From: an uncultured Oscillospiraceae bacterium
GTDB taxonomy: Bacteria > Bacillota > Clostridia > Oscillospirales > Acutalibacteraceae
NCBI GenBank assembly: GCA_900543305.1
Contig: UQQZ01000001.1
Span: 4,083 to 68,082, forward strand
DNA length: 64,000 nucleotides
Direction: 5' to 3'
The position numbers and the translations under genes were made by a program. Shown here piece by piece: positions 39,022-48,720 of this stretch. Within the stretch, counting starts at the first letter, position 1, and every line of letters starts with the position of its first letter. The notes below the pieces were generated by a model. That model saw nothing but the letters and a program-made list of their open reading frames with translations, was not told where the DNA came from and did no database searches.

Positions 39022-39870
39022 CTACTTCTTCTGTTTTTTTGCTTCGACAATTAAATTTACTTTATCCCGAATCAAGTCCAAATTTCGCTGATATTCTTCT
39101 TCAGAATACTTCTCAACTTCTTTTTCTTTCAGTCGGATATTTTTTACACCTTCGATAAAAATACTCTCAATTTCCCAAGGGTCTTTCACGATGTTTGCAT
39201 CGCAGAAGCCTCTGGACAAAATTGCAGCGGATGAACCAAGATGATAATGCTCGGCTATGATATATTCTGCCGGAAGCATGCCGTAACCAACTCTTGCGAT
39301 CCCACCAAAACCATATTTTATGCCTTTATCTCTGATTTTCTGACAAAGGTTTTTGACAACATCTCCACAAATCAGTTCGAACATAAAATTCATATGGTAC
39401 GCAAGATGAAGATCATTCAATCCTATGTGAACTTCGTCAATTCCTGAAACTTCCAAAATAGAATCAATATTAGCTGCGGATTCAGCTGTTTCCACGAGAA
39501 GCTGCACCTTTGCTCTGCCATTGACATAACGCACAAATTTCTTAACATCATCCGCAGTCCTAAACATAGGAAGCATAATCACATCAGCACCTGCTTCAAT
39601 AGCTTGGTTGATTTCATCCTCAGAACTACAATAATCTTCAGTAGCCGTATGCAACGGATTTACCCTGACCATAAGCTCCGCATCTGTGACAATCGGACGC
39701 AGTTTTTTTATATCATCAATCGTATGATGATTCTTGACAGTATCCATCCCACCCTGTCTTTTATTCTTACCTATGTATTCCATATCAATCCAGATACGGT
39801 CAACCCCTGCTTTTTGAGCAATTTGTGCTGTCACTGGATTATTTGTAATATACATTAACGTTAATGCCAT
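39022..39870 (-). CDS. HpcH/HpaI aldolase/citrate-lyase family protein
   Basis: TIM-barrel aldolase-like sequence (RIWIDMEY ... VIMLPMFRTADD ... LLVETAES ... VHIGLNDL). Confidence 0.6.
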   Translation of the reverse strand: MALTLMYITNNPVTAQIAQKAGVDRIWIDMEYIGKNKRQGGMDTVKNHHTIDDIKKLRPIVTDAELMVRVNPLHTATEDYCSSEDEINQAIEAGADVIMLPMFRTADDVKKFVRYVNGRAKVQLLVETAESAANIDSILEVSGIDEVHIGLNDLHLAYHMNFMFELICGDVVKNLCQKIRDKGIKYGFGGIARVGYGMLPAEYIIAEHYHLGSSAAILSRGFCDANIVKDPWEIESIFIEGVKNIRLKEKEVEKYSEEEYQRNLDLIRDKVNLIVEAKKQKK

Positions 39871-39888
39871 CGTTTTACTCCATTTCTT

Positions 39889-40491
39889 CTATCTTTTCCT
39901 TCTTGCCGGAACTCCCATATATGTTCCGGCTGAATCAATATTCTTCACTATTACTGCCCCAGCACCGATCATACAGTTTGAGCAGATAGCAATATTATTG
40001 CTGACGGTTGCTCCCGCCCCGATCCATGATCCACTTCCCACAGTGACAGTCCCACACAAATGACTGCCTACTGCAATATGTACATAATCGCCTACTACAC
40101 AGTCATGATCCACGGACGAACAGGTGTTGATGATGCACCCTATTCCAATCCTTACTCCCGGATTGATTACAGCACCAGCCATGACTACAGTTCCTTTGCC
40201 TATCACTACATCTTCCGCAACAACTGCATCTGGATGAATGAGTGTAACCAATTTTTCCTCCGGAACTGATTCCTGTATCCGCTTCCGAACACCTGCATTG
40301 CCAATACCAATGATTATCTCAGCGTCTATTCCTCTAGCTTTAGAGCTATTCCCTATGACCGGATAACCTCCACATTCGTGCACACTTTCATCGTCATCTA
40401 AAAAAACAATCTCTCTGTAGCCATTCTTTCTTGCAATGTCTGCAATTACCTTTCCATGACCACTCGCACCAATAATAGCTATTTTTTTCAT
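39889..40491 (-). CDS. NeuD/PglD-type left-handed beta-helix sugar N-acetyltransferase
   Basis: MKKIAIIGASGHGKVIADIA N-domain followed by hexapeptide repeats. Confidence 0.8.
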   Translation of the reverse strand: MKKIAIIGASGHGKVIADIARKNGYREIVFLDDDESVHECGGYPVIGNSSKARGIDAEIIIGIGNAGVRKRIQESVPEEKLVTLIHPDAVVAEDVVIGKGTVVMAGAVINPGVRIGIGCIINTCSSVDHDCVVGDYVHIAVGSHLCGTVTVGSGSWIGAGATVSNNIAICSNCMIGAGAVIVKNIDSAGTYMGVPARRKR

Positions 40492-40493
40492 TC

Positions 40494-41147
40494 CTATACC
40501 TCCGCATTGTCTTTTGCTTCATCAGCTTCTGTTCCCATGAATTCCTCCATGGTTGCGGAGGTTTCAGAGTTGATTCCTTCTCGTTTCAATACCGTCCATA
40601 CTGTCTTAAAGATAATCTTCCAATCTCCAAGGAAAGTAATGTGATCAACATACTCCACGTCCAGATCAAATTTTTCTTCCCAACTAATGGCGTTTCTTCC
40701 ATTTACCTGCGCCAGCCCTGTAAATCCCGGTCTTACTTCATGCCTTCTCGCTTGATGTTCGTTATAAAGCGGGAGATACTTCACCAGGAGCGGCCGAGGT
40801 CCGCAAACCGCCATTCGTCCCGTTAGGATCGAGTACAATTCAGGCAGTTCATCCAAAGACGTAGAGCGCAACAATTTACCAAAAGACGTAAGGCGCTGCT
40901 CATCCGACAATAATTCACCGTTCTCATCTCGTTCATTGGTCATTGTCCGGAACTTATACAGCCTGAATATCTCGCCATGCAGTCCCGGTCTTTCCTGGGC
41001 AAACAGGACGGGGGAGCCAATCTTAATCTTTACAAGAATCGCAATCACCAGCATAACCGGGCTTAATACAATACACGCAAGCAATGCGCATAGAAAATCT
41101 TGAGGACGTTTTATATACTTTTCATAAAAACCCTTTTTATGCTCCAT
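40494..41147 (-). CDS. Small phosphoglycosyl (bacterial sugar) transferase, PglC/WbaP-C type; initiating enzyme
   Basis: SPVLFAQERPG ... YKFRTM ... DELPEL ... VCGPRP motifs. ATG 41147 is preferred over TTG 41171. Confidence 0.85.
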   Translation of the reverse strand: MEHKKGFYEKYIKRPQDFLCALLACIVLSPVMLVIAILVKIKIGSPVLFAQERPGLHGEIFRLYKFRTMTNERDENGELLSDEQRLTSFGKLLRSTSLDELPELYSILTGRMAVCGPRPLLVKYLPLYNEHQARRHEVRPGFTGLAQVNGRNAISWEEKFDLDVEYVDHITFLGDWKIIFKTVWTVLKREGINSETSATMEEFMGTEADEAKDNAEV

Positions 41148-41158
41148 ATCCAAATACC

Positions 41159-42427
41159 TTACATGAAACAACTCTTTATTATTTCAATAATCTTCTTCTG
41201 CTCATCGGCAGTCATCTTGTTATCGCTCGGCAGACACAGACCTCTTTCAAAGATATCCATACCTACATCCTCACTACCACCTTCGATATAGGCATTGGTT
41301 CTTGCTCTGCCGTTACCTTCACTTGTGATGAACGGATTCATACGGAAAAGTGGTTGTTCGTGCATCGGCTTCCAGATCGGACGACCTTCCGCATTGTACT
41401 TCGCCAGGGTTTCGAGAATCTCCGTTGGACAGCTCTTACCAGGTTCGCTGATGTAGAGTGCTTTCTGTTCTCCACGAACCTGCTGGCACATAGCGTCTTT
41501 GTCAATAATCATGCAGCTCAGCCAGAAGTTCGGTCCACTGTTCTTCTCATCGTAAGGATTCATCTGCACCGGAAGGTCTTTCAAACCTTCCTTGTAGCGC
41601 ATATAGATCGCTTTCTTCTGCGCAATGTGTTCTTCTAAATATGGAATCTGCCCACGCACAACTCCGGCGATCACATTGCTCATGCGGTAGTTATATCCCA
41701 GCTCCTCATGCTGATACCACGGGGCTGCTTCCCGACTTTGAGTTGACCACTTTCGTACCTTCTCGGCATCCGCCTTAGAATTAGTGAGGAACATTCCACC
41801 GGATGAACCAGTAATGATCTTGTTTCCATTGAAGCTGATGCAGCCGTAATCGCCAAAGCTGCCAGTTTCTTTTCCTTTATATGTAGCACCTAGGGATTCC
41901 GCTGCATCTTCAACAATCACAGCTCTGTGGGCAGTTGCTATCTTCTTAATTTCATCAATCTTGCCCGGTGTACCATACAGGTGAGCCACTACAATCACCT
42001 TGACATCTGGATAAATCTCAAATGCCTTTTCCAATGACACCGGGTCCATATTCCAAGTGTCACGCTCGGTATCAATAAAAACAGGGATACCGCCCTCATA
42101 GACAACCGGATTCACCGTGGCACCGAAAGTGACATCTGAACAGAATATTTTCTTATTACTCAGTGCTCCTTTTCCAATTTCCGGCTGACCATACATAGCT
42201 TCCCCGGCAAGCTTCATGGCAAGATGGAGAGATGCCGTTCCTGCCGATAATGCGACTGCATATCGTACCCCAACTCGTTCAGCAATCAATCGCTCTACTT
42301 CGTTAATATTCTTTCCTACCGTGGACATCCAGTTCGTTTCATAAGCTTCGGTAACGTACTTCAATTCGTCACCGTGCATTGTGGGCGATGACAGCCAAAT
42401 TTTGTGTTCAAACGGATTAATGTTCAT
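41159..42427 (-). CDS. DegT/DnrJ/EryC1/StrS-family sugar aminotransferase (PglE-like)
   Basis: Trimmed to the ATG at 42427. PLP-lysine region ISFNGNKIITGSSGG. Confidence 0.85.
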   Translation of the reverse strand: MNINPFEHKIWLSSPTMHGDELKYVTEAYETNWMSTVGKNINEVERLIAERVGVRYAVALSAGTASLHLAMKLAGEAMYGQPEIGKGALSNKKIFCSDVTFGATVNPVVYEGGIPVFIDTERDTWNMDPVSLEKAFEIYPDVKVIVVAHLYGTPGKIDEIKKIATAHRAVIVEDAAESLGATYKGKETGSFGDYGCISFNGNKIITGSSGGMFLTNSKADAEKVRKWSTQSREAAPWYQHEELGYNYRMSNVIAGVVRGQIPYLEEHIAQKKAIYMRYKEGLKDLPVQMNPYDEKNSGPNFWLSCMIIDKDAMCQQVRGEQKALYISEPGKSCPTEILETLAKYNAEGRPIWKPMHEQPLFRMNPFITSEGNGRARTNAYIEGGSEDVGMDIFERGLCLPSDNKMTADEQKKIIEIIKSCFM

Positions 42428-42735
42428 CTCTTCTTTTCTACCTTTCGCATTAAACATCATCTTAATTAACAGATTCACATCTGAGCTATAACACGACAAT
42501 TAGCCTAGAATGGCAAATAGCTCACCGCCTAACACGGCATGTGAGCTAAGTCAGTTTCCAAACCAATCAATGTCTGCCATTTCTTTAAGCGAAAACAAAA
42601 GAAATCGCTTCAATTAAAACAGGCTTAGACAAATGCCGTTTCAACAATCAATGTTTTAATTTCAGGCAATACCAAATCAATTCTTTCATACGAACGATTA
42701 CCTAAAATGGCATGAACAACACAAACAAAAAACTG

Positions 42736-44817
42736 TCAGCCCCCCACTACAACAGGAATTGTTTCTCTCACTTCCTTGGGAGCGAATGTACCTGTTTGAA
42801 GAGCTTTTGCGTTCACTTGTTCCGGAGAATGGAATGTGGGAACCACTTCTTTCAGTGCAATTCGAATAAAATCGTCGTCTTCTCTTATCAAAGCTCTCCG
42901 AAGTTTTTCCAGTTTCTCCTCGATTTTCTGCCGGGATAAGGGTTCATCCCGTTCCACAAAGATCATATTGTTATCAGTTTTTGTCAAAGTCTCCGTTTGA
43001 ATGAGCAGCTCCTCATAGAGTTTTTCACCGGGACGCAGGCCTGTTTCTATGATGTCTATATCCTGATAAGGCTCCATGCCACTTAGGCGGATCATGTTCT
43101 CGGCCAAATCAAGGATCTTCACTGGCCGTCCCATATCCAGAACAAAAAGTTCTCCGCTCTTGGCCATAGCACCGGAAGTCAGCACCAACTGGCTGGCCTC
43201 GGGAATCGTCATAAAGTAACGGATGATCCGCTTATCAGTCACCGTAACCGGACCTCCATTGGCGATCTGCCGCTTGAACAGAGGAATCACGCTGCCGTTG
43301 CTGCCCAGTACATTGCCAAAACGCGTGCAACTGAAGGAGGTACCTTTCTGCTCCGCCGCTCTGCTCAGAACGATCATTTCACACAGTCGTTTTGTAGCCC
43401 CCATCACATTGGTGGGGTTCACCGCTTTATCGGTGCTGATCATGATAAACTTTTCAACGCCATACTTTTCTGCGACATTGACCACATTCCAAGTGCCGAA
43501 CACATTGTTTTTCACGGCCTCCGAGCAGTTGTGTTCCATCAGGGGAACATGCTTATGGGCCGCAGCATGAAGTACCACCTGGGGACGATACGTACGAAAC
43601 ACCTTATCCAACTGTTCCGCATCACGAACACTGGCAATCTCCACTGCAAGATTGAGTGAGTCCCCATACACAAGGCGCAATTCTTGCTGGACATCGTATA
43701 CGTTATTCTCGTAGATATCCAACAATACCAGTTGTTTGGGGCCCATTCGTGCAATCTGCCGGCTCAGTTCAGAGCCAATAGACCCTCCCCCACCGGTAAC
43801 TAACACCACTTTATCCTTATAGTAAGACCGAGTGGCATCCCCAAGAAAATCCACTTCCTGTCGGAAAAGCAACTCTTCCACATCGAATTCCCGAATCTGT
43901 CTCTTGCCACTTGCTTCCGTATTCTCCACGGGGAAGGAATACACTTTGATTTTATAACCCATGGTTTTATAGCGGTTATAAAGCGAAGCTCTTTCATCGG
44001 GAGCTTTATTGACTGCAAAAACCACTTCCTGCACGGAAAGTCGATCCAACCGTTCCTTATTCACTTCGCCAGGTGAAAGCACATCAATCCCCATAACCTG
44101 CCGGCCAATTTTTTCCCGGTCCACATCGATAAAACAAACCGGTATGTAAACAGCATTAGGGTTACTGAGAAGTTCATCTGCCAACATGGCCCCAATGCGT
44201 CCAGCCCCCACGATGGCAATTCGGATCTTATTCTGCTTGGGCATTACACTGCTCAAAGCCTCGTGCATCAAGGAAATCCCCGTCAGGCCATACACAAGTG
44301 CATCGATTCCTTTTACCAGAATACTGGAACTGCCAAAAAAGTTTCGGGCCCAGCTGCTGCTGGTACAAATCTGGTAGAGCCAGGTATAGAGAAAACGAAG
44401 CATCATGGATCCCAAGAAGGCCAACATAACCATTCCCGCCGCCCGAAACAAAGTGGGATGTTCAAAGGGCATCAAAGTACGGATTACAAGATAGAGGATC
44501 CCTCCCAGAAAATCCGCACCAATCAGACGAAAATAGCTGTTGACACGACTGTATCGCCAGACCTGAGAATAGACCTTGCAAACATTCCGCATCACAAGAA
44601 GGCACACAGCTTCCAGAAAAAACTGAATGGCAGCCTCTCCCCAAGAAAGAGTAGCGCCCCCACGGGGGAATACAGTAAGAATAGGGAACGTCACGATCGC
44701 CAATACACAAAGATCATAAAACATGAGCTTTATTTTTCGGTTCCTGCTTCTTGCCTGTACCACTTCTCTTGAGGTCCCAACCGCTCGATCTTTTCTATTT
44801 CTGTTCATTTGCTTCAC
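42736..44817 (-). CDS. Membrane-anchored UDP-GlcNAc 4,6-dehydratase (CapD/PglF family)
   Basis: N-terminal TM helices, then VLVTGGGGSIGSEL and an SDR-extended domain. Confidence 0.85.
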   Translation of the reverse strand: MKQMNRNRKDRAVGTSREVVQARSRNRKIKLMFYDLCVLAIVTFPILTVFPRGGATLSWGEAAIQFFLEAVCLLVMRNVCKVYSQVWRYSRVNSYFRLIGADFLGGILYLVIRTLMPFEHPTLFRAAGMVMLAFLGSMMLRFLYTWLYQICTSSSWARNFFGSSSILVKGIDALVYGLTGISLMHEALSSVMPKQNKIRIAIVGAGRIGAMLADELLSNPNAVYIPVCFIDVDREKIGRQVMGIDVLSPGEVNKERLDRLSVQEVVFAVNKAPDERASLYNRYKTMGYKIKVYSFPVENTEASGKRQIREFDVEELLFRQEVDFLGDATRSYYKDKVVLVTGGGGSIGSELSRQIARMGPKQLVLLDIYENNVYDVQQELRLVYGDSLNLAVEIASVRDAEQLDKVFRTYRPQVVLHAAAHKHVPLMEHNCSEAVKNNVFGTWNVVNVAEKYGVEKFIMISTDKAVNPTNVMGATKRLCEMIVLSRAAEQKGTSFSCTRFGNVLGSNGSVIPLFKRQIANGGPVTVTDKRIIRYFMTIPEASQLVLTSGAMAKSGELFVLDMGRPVKILDLAENMIRLSGMEPYQDIDIIETGLRPGEKLYEELLIQTETLTKTDNNMIFVERDEPLSRQKIEEKLEKLRRALIREDDDFIRIALKEVVPTFHSPEQVNAKALQTGTFAPKEVRETIPVVVGG

Positions 44818-44883
44818 CTAATCCCCACGTTCCATCAAGCCAAACCTTACAAACGCTCCGGCAAAATCATCTAAAAACAGACA

Positions 44884-45363
44884 TCACTCGACCTTACTGG
44901 ATGAAAAAATATCTTGATCCGTCGTTTTCGACTTTCGCCTTCGCCTCCAAAAAGCCAATACCAAACACCCGACAGCAACCCCCGCCGCGTCCAGCACCAC
45001 ATCTTTTACCATGGCTGTTCTCGCGGTAAAAAGCTGGTGAAACTCGTCGCTAGCTGCAAATGCTGTTCCCAGGATCATAGCGCCGATCCAGGGAGGGATC
45101 TTTTTTTGCCAATGGAAGGTTCCCATTAACCCGAAACCCAGCAAAAAATAAAGTGTGAAATGAGCTCCTTTTCGCACAAAATAATCGAGCGTCTTCATAG
45201 CCTCGTCTCCGGGTTCCCACCCAAAAAGACCAGTTGCCCAACGGATCAACCCCTTGCTTAATTCCTGGGAAGTGGAACCGGACTGGCTGGAGAAGAGAAA
45301 TGCCAGCACAGCCGTTCCAACAGTCAAAAGAATAAACAGCACAAGGAGTCGTTTTTGCTTCAT
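44884..45363 (-). CDS. VanZ-family membrane protein
   Basis: FVRKGAHFTLYFLLG ... ASDEFHQLF ... DVVLDAAG motifs. Confidence 0.75.
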   Translation of the reverse strand: MKQKRLLVLFILLTVGTAVLAFLFSSQSGSTSQELSKGLIRWATGLFGWEPGDEAMKTLDYFVRKGAHFTLYFLLGFGLMGTFHWQKKIPPWIGAMILGTAFAASDEFHQLFTARTAMVKDVVLDAAGVAVGCLVLAFWRRRRKSKTTDQDIFSSSKVE

Positions 45364-45382
45364 GTTTCCCTCAATGGGCTTT

Positions 45383-46405
45383 TCAGCCTTCTCTCACAAA
45401 TTCATAGAACACATCCATCACTAGATCCTGCAAAGCCTGTTCATCGGGATAAAACTCCATGAATTCTTCTCCCACGGTTGCCTCTCCTTCCACGGTTCGG
45501 ATCTCTGAAATCTGATCCTTCCCGAGGCTCTCCCCAATTTGGGAGAGCTCTTCCACCGTGCAATCAGACACCATGTAATCATTCATTTGCAGAAGGGCAT
45601 TCAGGATAAATCCCCCATCCTCTCCCGCTTTGGAGGAAAGCTGTTCCTGTAGAGCGGACATGTATTGACGTTGACGCTCCATCCGGTGCAGGTTGGTGCT
45701 GTCTTCCAGGTTTCCACGAGCCCGGACATAGGTCAAAGCCTGTTCTCCACTGAGGGTTACAGTCTCTCCCTGAACCAGACTTGAATCCACCTGAGAAAAA
45801 TCGTCCATCACCTTCACCGTGACGCCTCCTACCAGATCATTGAGAATGGCGACTCCATCCATGGTCATGGATACATAATGATCAATGGTGATTCCATAGA
45901 GAAGTTTGGACACTGCTATTACCGTGTTTTCACAGCTGTCCTCTTCCCCGCTCCCGTAGGTGTGGGCCAGGGCAAGCTGTCCTGTAAAGGTGCCAGCCGG
46001 CTCTCCGGTTACCCCTAAAATTTGAATTTCCGTCATGGTATCCCGGTTCAGTTGGATGGGCGTACAGGTGCCAGCCTTCCGGTCCAGCACCAACAACAGC
46101 AAAAAGTCCGCTTGCTGATCGTTGAGGTAACCTTCCTGCTGAGCTCCCTCGTACTTATCTAGACCCAGAAGCAACACTGTCTCCAGATCTTCTCGCCGGG
46201 CATACCATGCGCCTTGATAGTAGGTGAGTTCCCGCTCTTCCTCCGAAGCAGAGGCGTTATCCGTTGAGACATCCTCAGGAACGGAAACCTGTCCTTGAGT
46301 CTGATCCCAACGCTGCAGCAGGAGCAATCCCACCAATATCACAAGTATTGCTGCCAGAAGTACCGCGATCCCTTTCAGCACACGGACATCCAAACGAATT
46401 TTCAT
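45383..46405 (-). CDS. LytR-CpsA-Psr (LCP) family glycopolymer ligase
   Basis: N-terminal TM segment. LLLGLDK ... ADFLLLLVLD ... IQLNRDTM LCP core. Confidence 0.8.
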   Translation of the reverse strand: MKIRLDVRVLKGIAVLLAAILVILVGLLLLQRWDQTQGQVSVPEDVSTDNASASEEERELTYYQGAWYARREDLETVLLLGLDKYEGAQQEGYLNDQQADFLLLLVLDRKAGTCTPIQLNRDTMTEIQILGVTGEPAGTFTGQLALAHTYGSGEEDSCENTVIAVSKLLYGITIDHYVSMTMDGVAILNDLVGGVTVKVMDDFSQVDSSLVQGETVTLSGEQALTYVRARGNLEDSTNLHRMERQRQYMSALQEQLSSKAGEDGGFILNALLQMNDYMVSDCTVEELSQIGESLGKDQISEIRTVEGEATVGEEFMEFYPDEQALQDLVMDVFYEFVREG

Positions 46406-46406
46406 C

Positions 46407-47195
46407 TCAGTTCTGAGAACGCTTTTTCCAAACCACCACAGCGCTGGTCACCGCAATGCAGCCCAGGGTAATGGCGCCCATGCCCAACGCAGGGAACATG
46501 TTGTTGTCCCCGGTCTGAGGAGAAGTGGGAGCATTGGCATCGGCGGAAACGCTGGTATCGGTCTCGGTCTTATCCACCACAAAGGCAATGGGAGACAGAC
46601 TGTCGAAGGTCACATCCACGGAACCATTAGCATTGCGCACTACCCGGTCATTCGAAATGACTTCCCAGTTGGACCCCTCGTAGTTGTGGAGCACCAGCAG
46701 GGTGGCGGTGGGAGCCAGGTTCAAAGAGAATCGGATGGTGATATTGTTGCCTTCCTGTGCCAGGAACTCAGCGGCATCCCCATCCAAGGATACGTCGAAC
46801 ACATCACGGACTACCAAATCTTCCACATTGGCTGTGCTGCCCATCTGCTGTAGGATACCAGCAAGATCCACATCGGGAACCAGATCCGCAATAGTCTCTG
46901 CCTGCTGGATCTGTTCAAATGCGTTGGAAAGCATCTCACTGATTTGTTCCGCTGCCTGAGCCAGGGCAGAAATAGGAGTCACAATCAATTGGCTTGCATC
47001 TATGCCGGCCACCTGGTTGCCGTTTGCGTCCCGGATGATCGCGGAAACCTGATTACCGTTGTCATCGGTCATGGTTTCCACAGTAGGAGCAGGCTTCTGC
47101 TCCACGCTGTTCACAAAATCCACCGCCGCGGAGGCAGGAATGGCCAGCGTGACGAACATCATCACTACGACGAGTAATAAAGCGAGCTTTTTCAT
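46407..47195 (-). CDS. Cell-wall-anchored surface protein with an SPQTG sorting signal
   Basis: Signal peptide MKKLALLLVVVMMFVTLAIPASA. C-terminus reads APTSPQTGDNN, then a hydrophobic helix, then KKRSQN. Confidence 0.8.
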   Translation of the reverse strand: MKKLALLLVVVMMFVTLAIPASAAVDFVNSVEQKPAPTVETMTDDNGNQVSAIIRDANGNQVAGIDASQLIVTPISALAQAAEQISEMLSNAFEQIQQAETIADLVPDVDLAGILQQMGSTANVEDLVVRDVFDVSLDGDAAEFLAQEGNNITIRFSLNLAPTATLLVLHNYEGSNWEVISNDRVVRNANGSVDVTFDSLSPIAFVVDKTETDTSVSADANAPTSPQTGDNNMFPALGMGAITLGCIAVTSAVVVWKKRSQN

Positions 47196-47224
47196 GGGAA
47201 TTCATCCTTTCCTATTTGGGGAGA

Positions 47225-48019
47225 TTAATCTATCACAGTCTGGCAAACCGCCAGAACTAGATATCGTTTTTGAGAATTGCCTGCCAAACAGGTTGACAGA
47301 ACCAAAATTTTATCCTCAGCGGAAACGGTAACCGAATCGCTAAACTGAGCACCAATTTCCCTAACTTCATACACACTGTTTAAAAACGCAGTGACCCGTC
47401 GGGGATCGGAACTATCGTAGTTGTAAAGAATATGGCGGTTGTCATAGGGAACAGCAGCAAACACTCTATAATGCAGCTCCCTCTCCGGCAGGTAGACTAC
47501 AATCTCTCCGTAATCCTCCAGGGCACTTTCCTGAGAGTAGGTCTCCTGGAGCTTTCCAAACATGGTTCCCGCGTGCATCTGATGGCCATAGGCCACCGTA
47601 ATGGGATCTTCCATGGTAGTGGTATTGTAGGTGCTTTCGGTAAAGATAGCTCCGGCAGAGCTTTCATTGCCGTCACTGTCGTGAGTCAGATAGAAGGCAT
47701 CGTCCCCTTCCCGCTGGACCAGAGGGAAATCAAACTCCGTTCCTGGGATCCGCAGCCAACCGTAAATATCCGGGTTGGTGGCTTGAAGAGATGCAAAATC
47801 AATGGGGCTGACATACGGTTCTTCCTGAGAGGAGGTCTCCTGAGAAGAGGCTGCAGACTCCGATTCGGGCTGTGGAGTGGGATCCTGAGAAACAGAAGGA
47901 ACGGGATCCGGATCCGCTGTCTCCGGCTTCTCTCCTCCGCCCTGCAGAAGCATCACCCCGCAAACCACACAGAGCACACCTAACACTCCAATCAGTATCG
48001 CCAGGGTTCGCTTTTTCAT
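47225..48019 (-). CDS. srtB: Class B sortase
   Basis: Trimmed to the ATG at 48019 (ATGA overlap with the cpsB stop). N-terminal TM segment, YGHQMHAGTMFGKL (His), VLSTC (Cys) and KRYLVLAV (Arg). Confidence 0.8.
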   Translation of the reverse strand: MKKRTLAILIGVLGVLCVVCGVMLLQGGGEKPETADPDPVPSVSQDPTPQPESESAASSQETSSQEEPYVSPIDFASLQATNPDIYGWLRIPGTEFDFPLVQREGDDAFYLTHDSDGNESSAGAIFTESTYNTTTMEDPITVAYGHQMHAGTMFGKLQETYSQESALEDYGEIVVYLPERELHYRVFAAVPYDNRHILYNYDSSDPRRVTAFLNSVYEVREIGAQFSDSVTVSAEDKILVLSTCLAGNSQKRYLVLAVCQTVID

Positions 48020-48720
48020 GGAGCACTCCCAGCTTTCAGCAGTTCCACGGTGCGGCGTTGGAAATTCCGCAAAGCGTCCCTGCCCAGGGATTTCTCTATT
48101 ACTTCCATAGCATCTCCCAACCGAGGGGGCCTTGTAGTCATATTGTGTGCATCTGAACCTAACATATGGATCTCTCCCTTCTGGAGCATCCGAAGAGCTT
48201 TCCGCTTCGTTCTCCAGGACAGGAAGAAGGAAGCATTGCATTGCATCCAAACACCGGACCGTTGCAAGGTGCGGATCACCTGCTTGGATTGGGCGCTCCA
48301 ATACCGCTCCACATGGGCCAAAAGGACTTGGGTTTCTTTGTGGCTCTGAATCTCCAGAACCTCGTCTACCATCCGTTTACTCCAGGTACAAAAGGGCATT
48401 TCCAACAGCAACACGGGGGATCCCTCCAGTCTGAGGAAATCCAACTCCTCCGTCCGGGACATACCTTCGAAATACCTGACCTCCGCTCCCAAGACGATCT
48501 TGGGAAATCCCGGCTTTAACCGGCTGCGCAATGCTTCCACCGAAACTCTCCTGCGGCGAAGAAACTGGGAGGGAGTTTGTTCCGTGGCGTAAAAATGGGG
48601 CGTGGCTACCATCCATTTCACTCCTTGACGGGCAGAAGCTTCCAGCATCTGCAAACTCTCTGCCACATTGCGGCTGCCGTCATCCAATCCCGGTAAAATA
48701 TGAGAATGTAGATCAATCAT
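48016..48720 (-). CDS. CpsB/CapC-type PHP-domain protein-tyrosine phosphatase
   Basis: MIDLHSHILPGLDDGS N-terminal motif ... GSDAHN. Confidence 0.85.
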   Translation of the reverse strand: MIDLHSHILPGLDDGSRNVAESLQMLEASARQGVKWMVATPHFYATEQTPSQFLRRRRVSVEALRSRLKPGFPKIVLGAEVRYFEGMSRTEELDFLRLEGSPVLLLEMPFCTWSKRMVDEVLEIQSHKETQVLLAHVERYWSAQSKQVIRTLQRSGVWMQCNASFFLSWRTKRKALRMLQKGEIHMLGSDAHNMTTRPPRLGDAMEVIEKSLGRDALRNFQRRTVELLKAGSAP

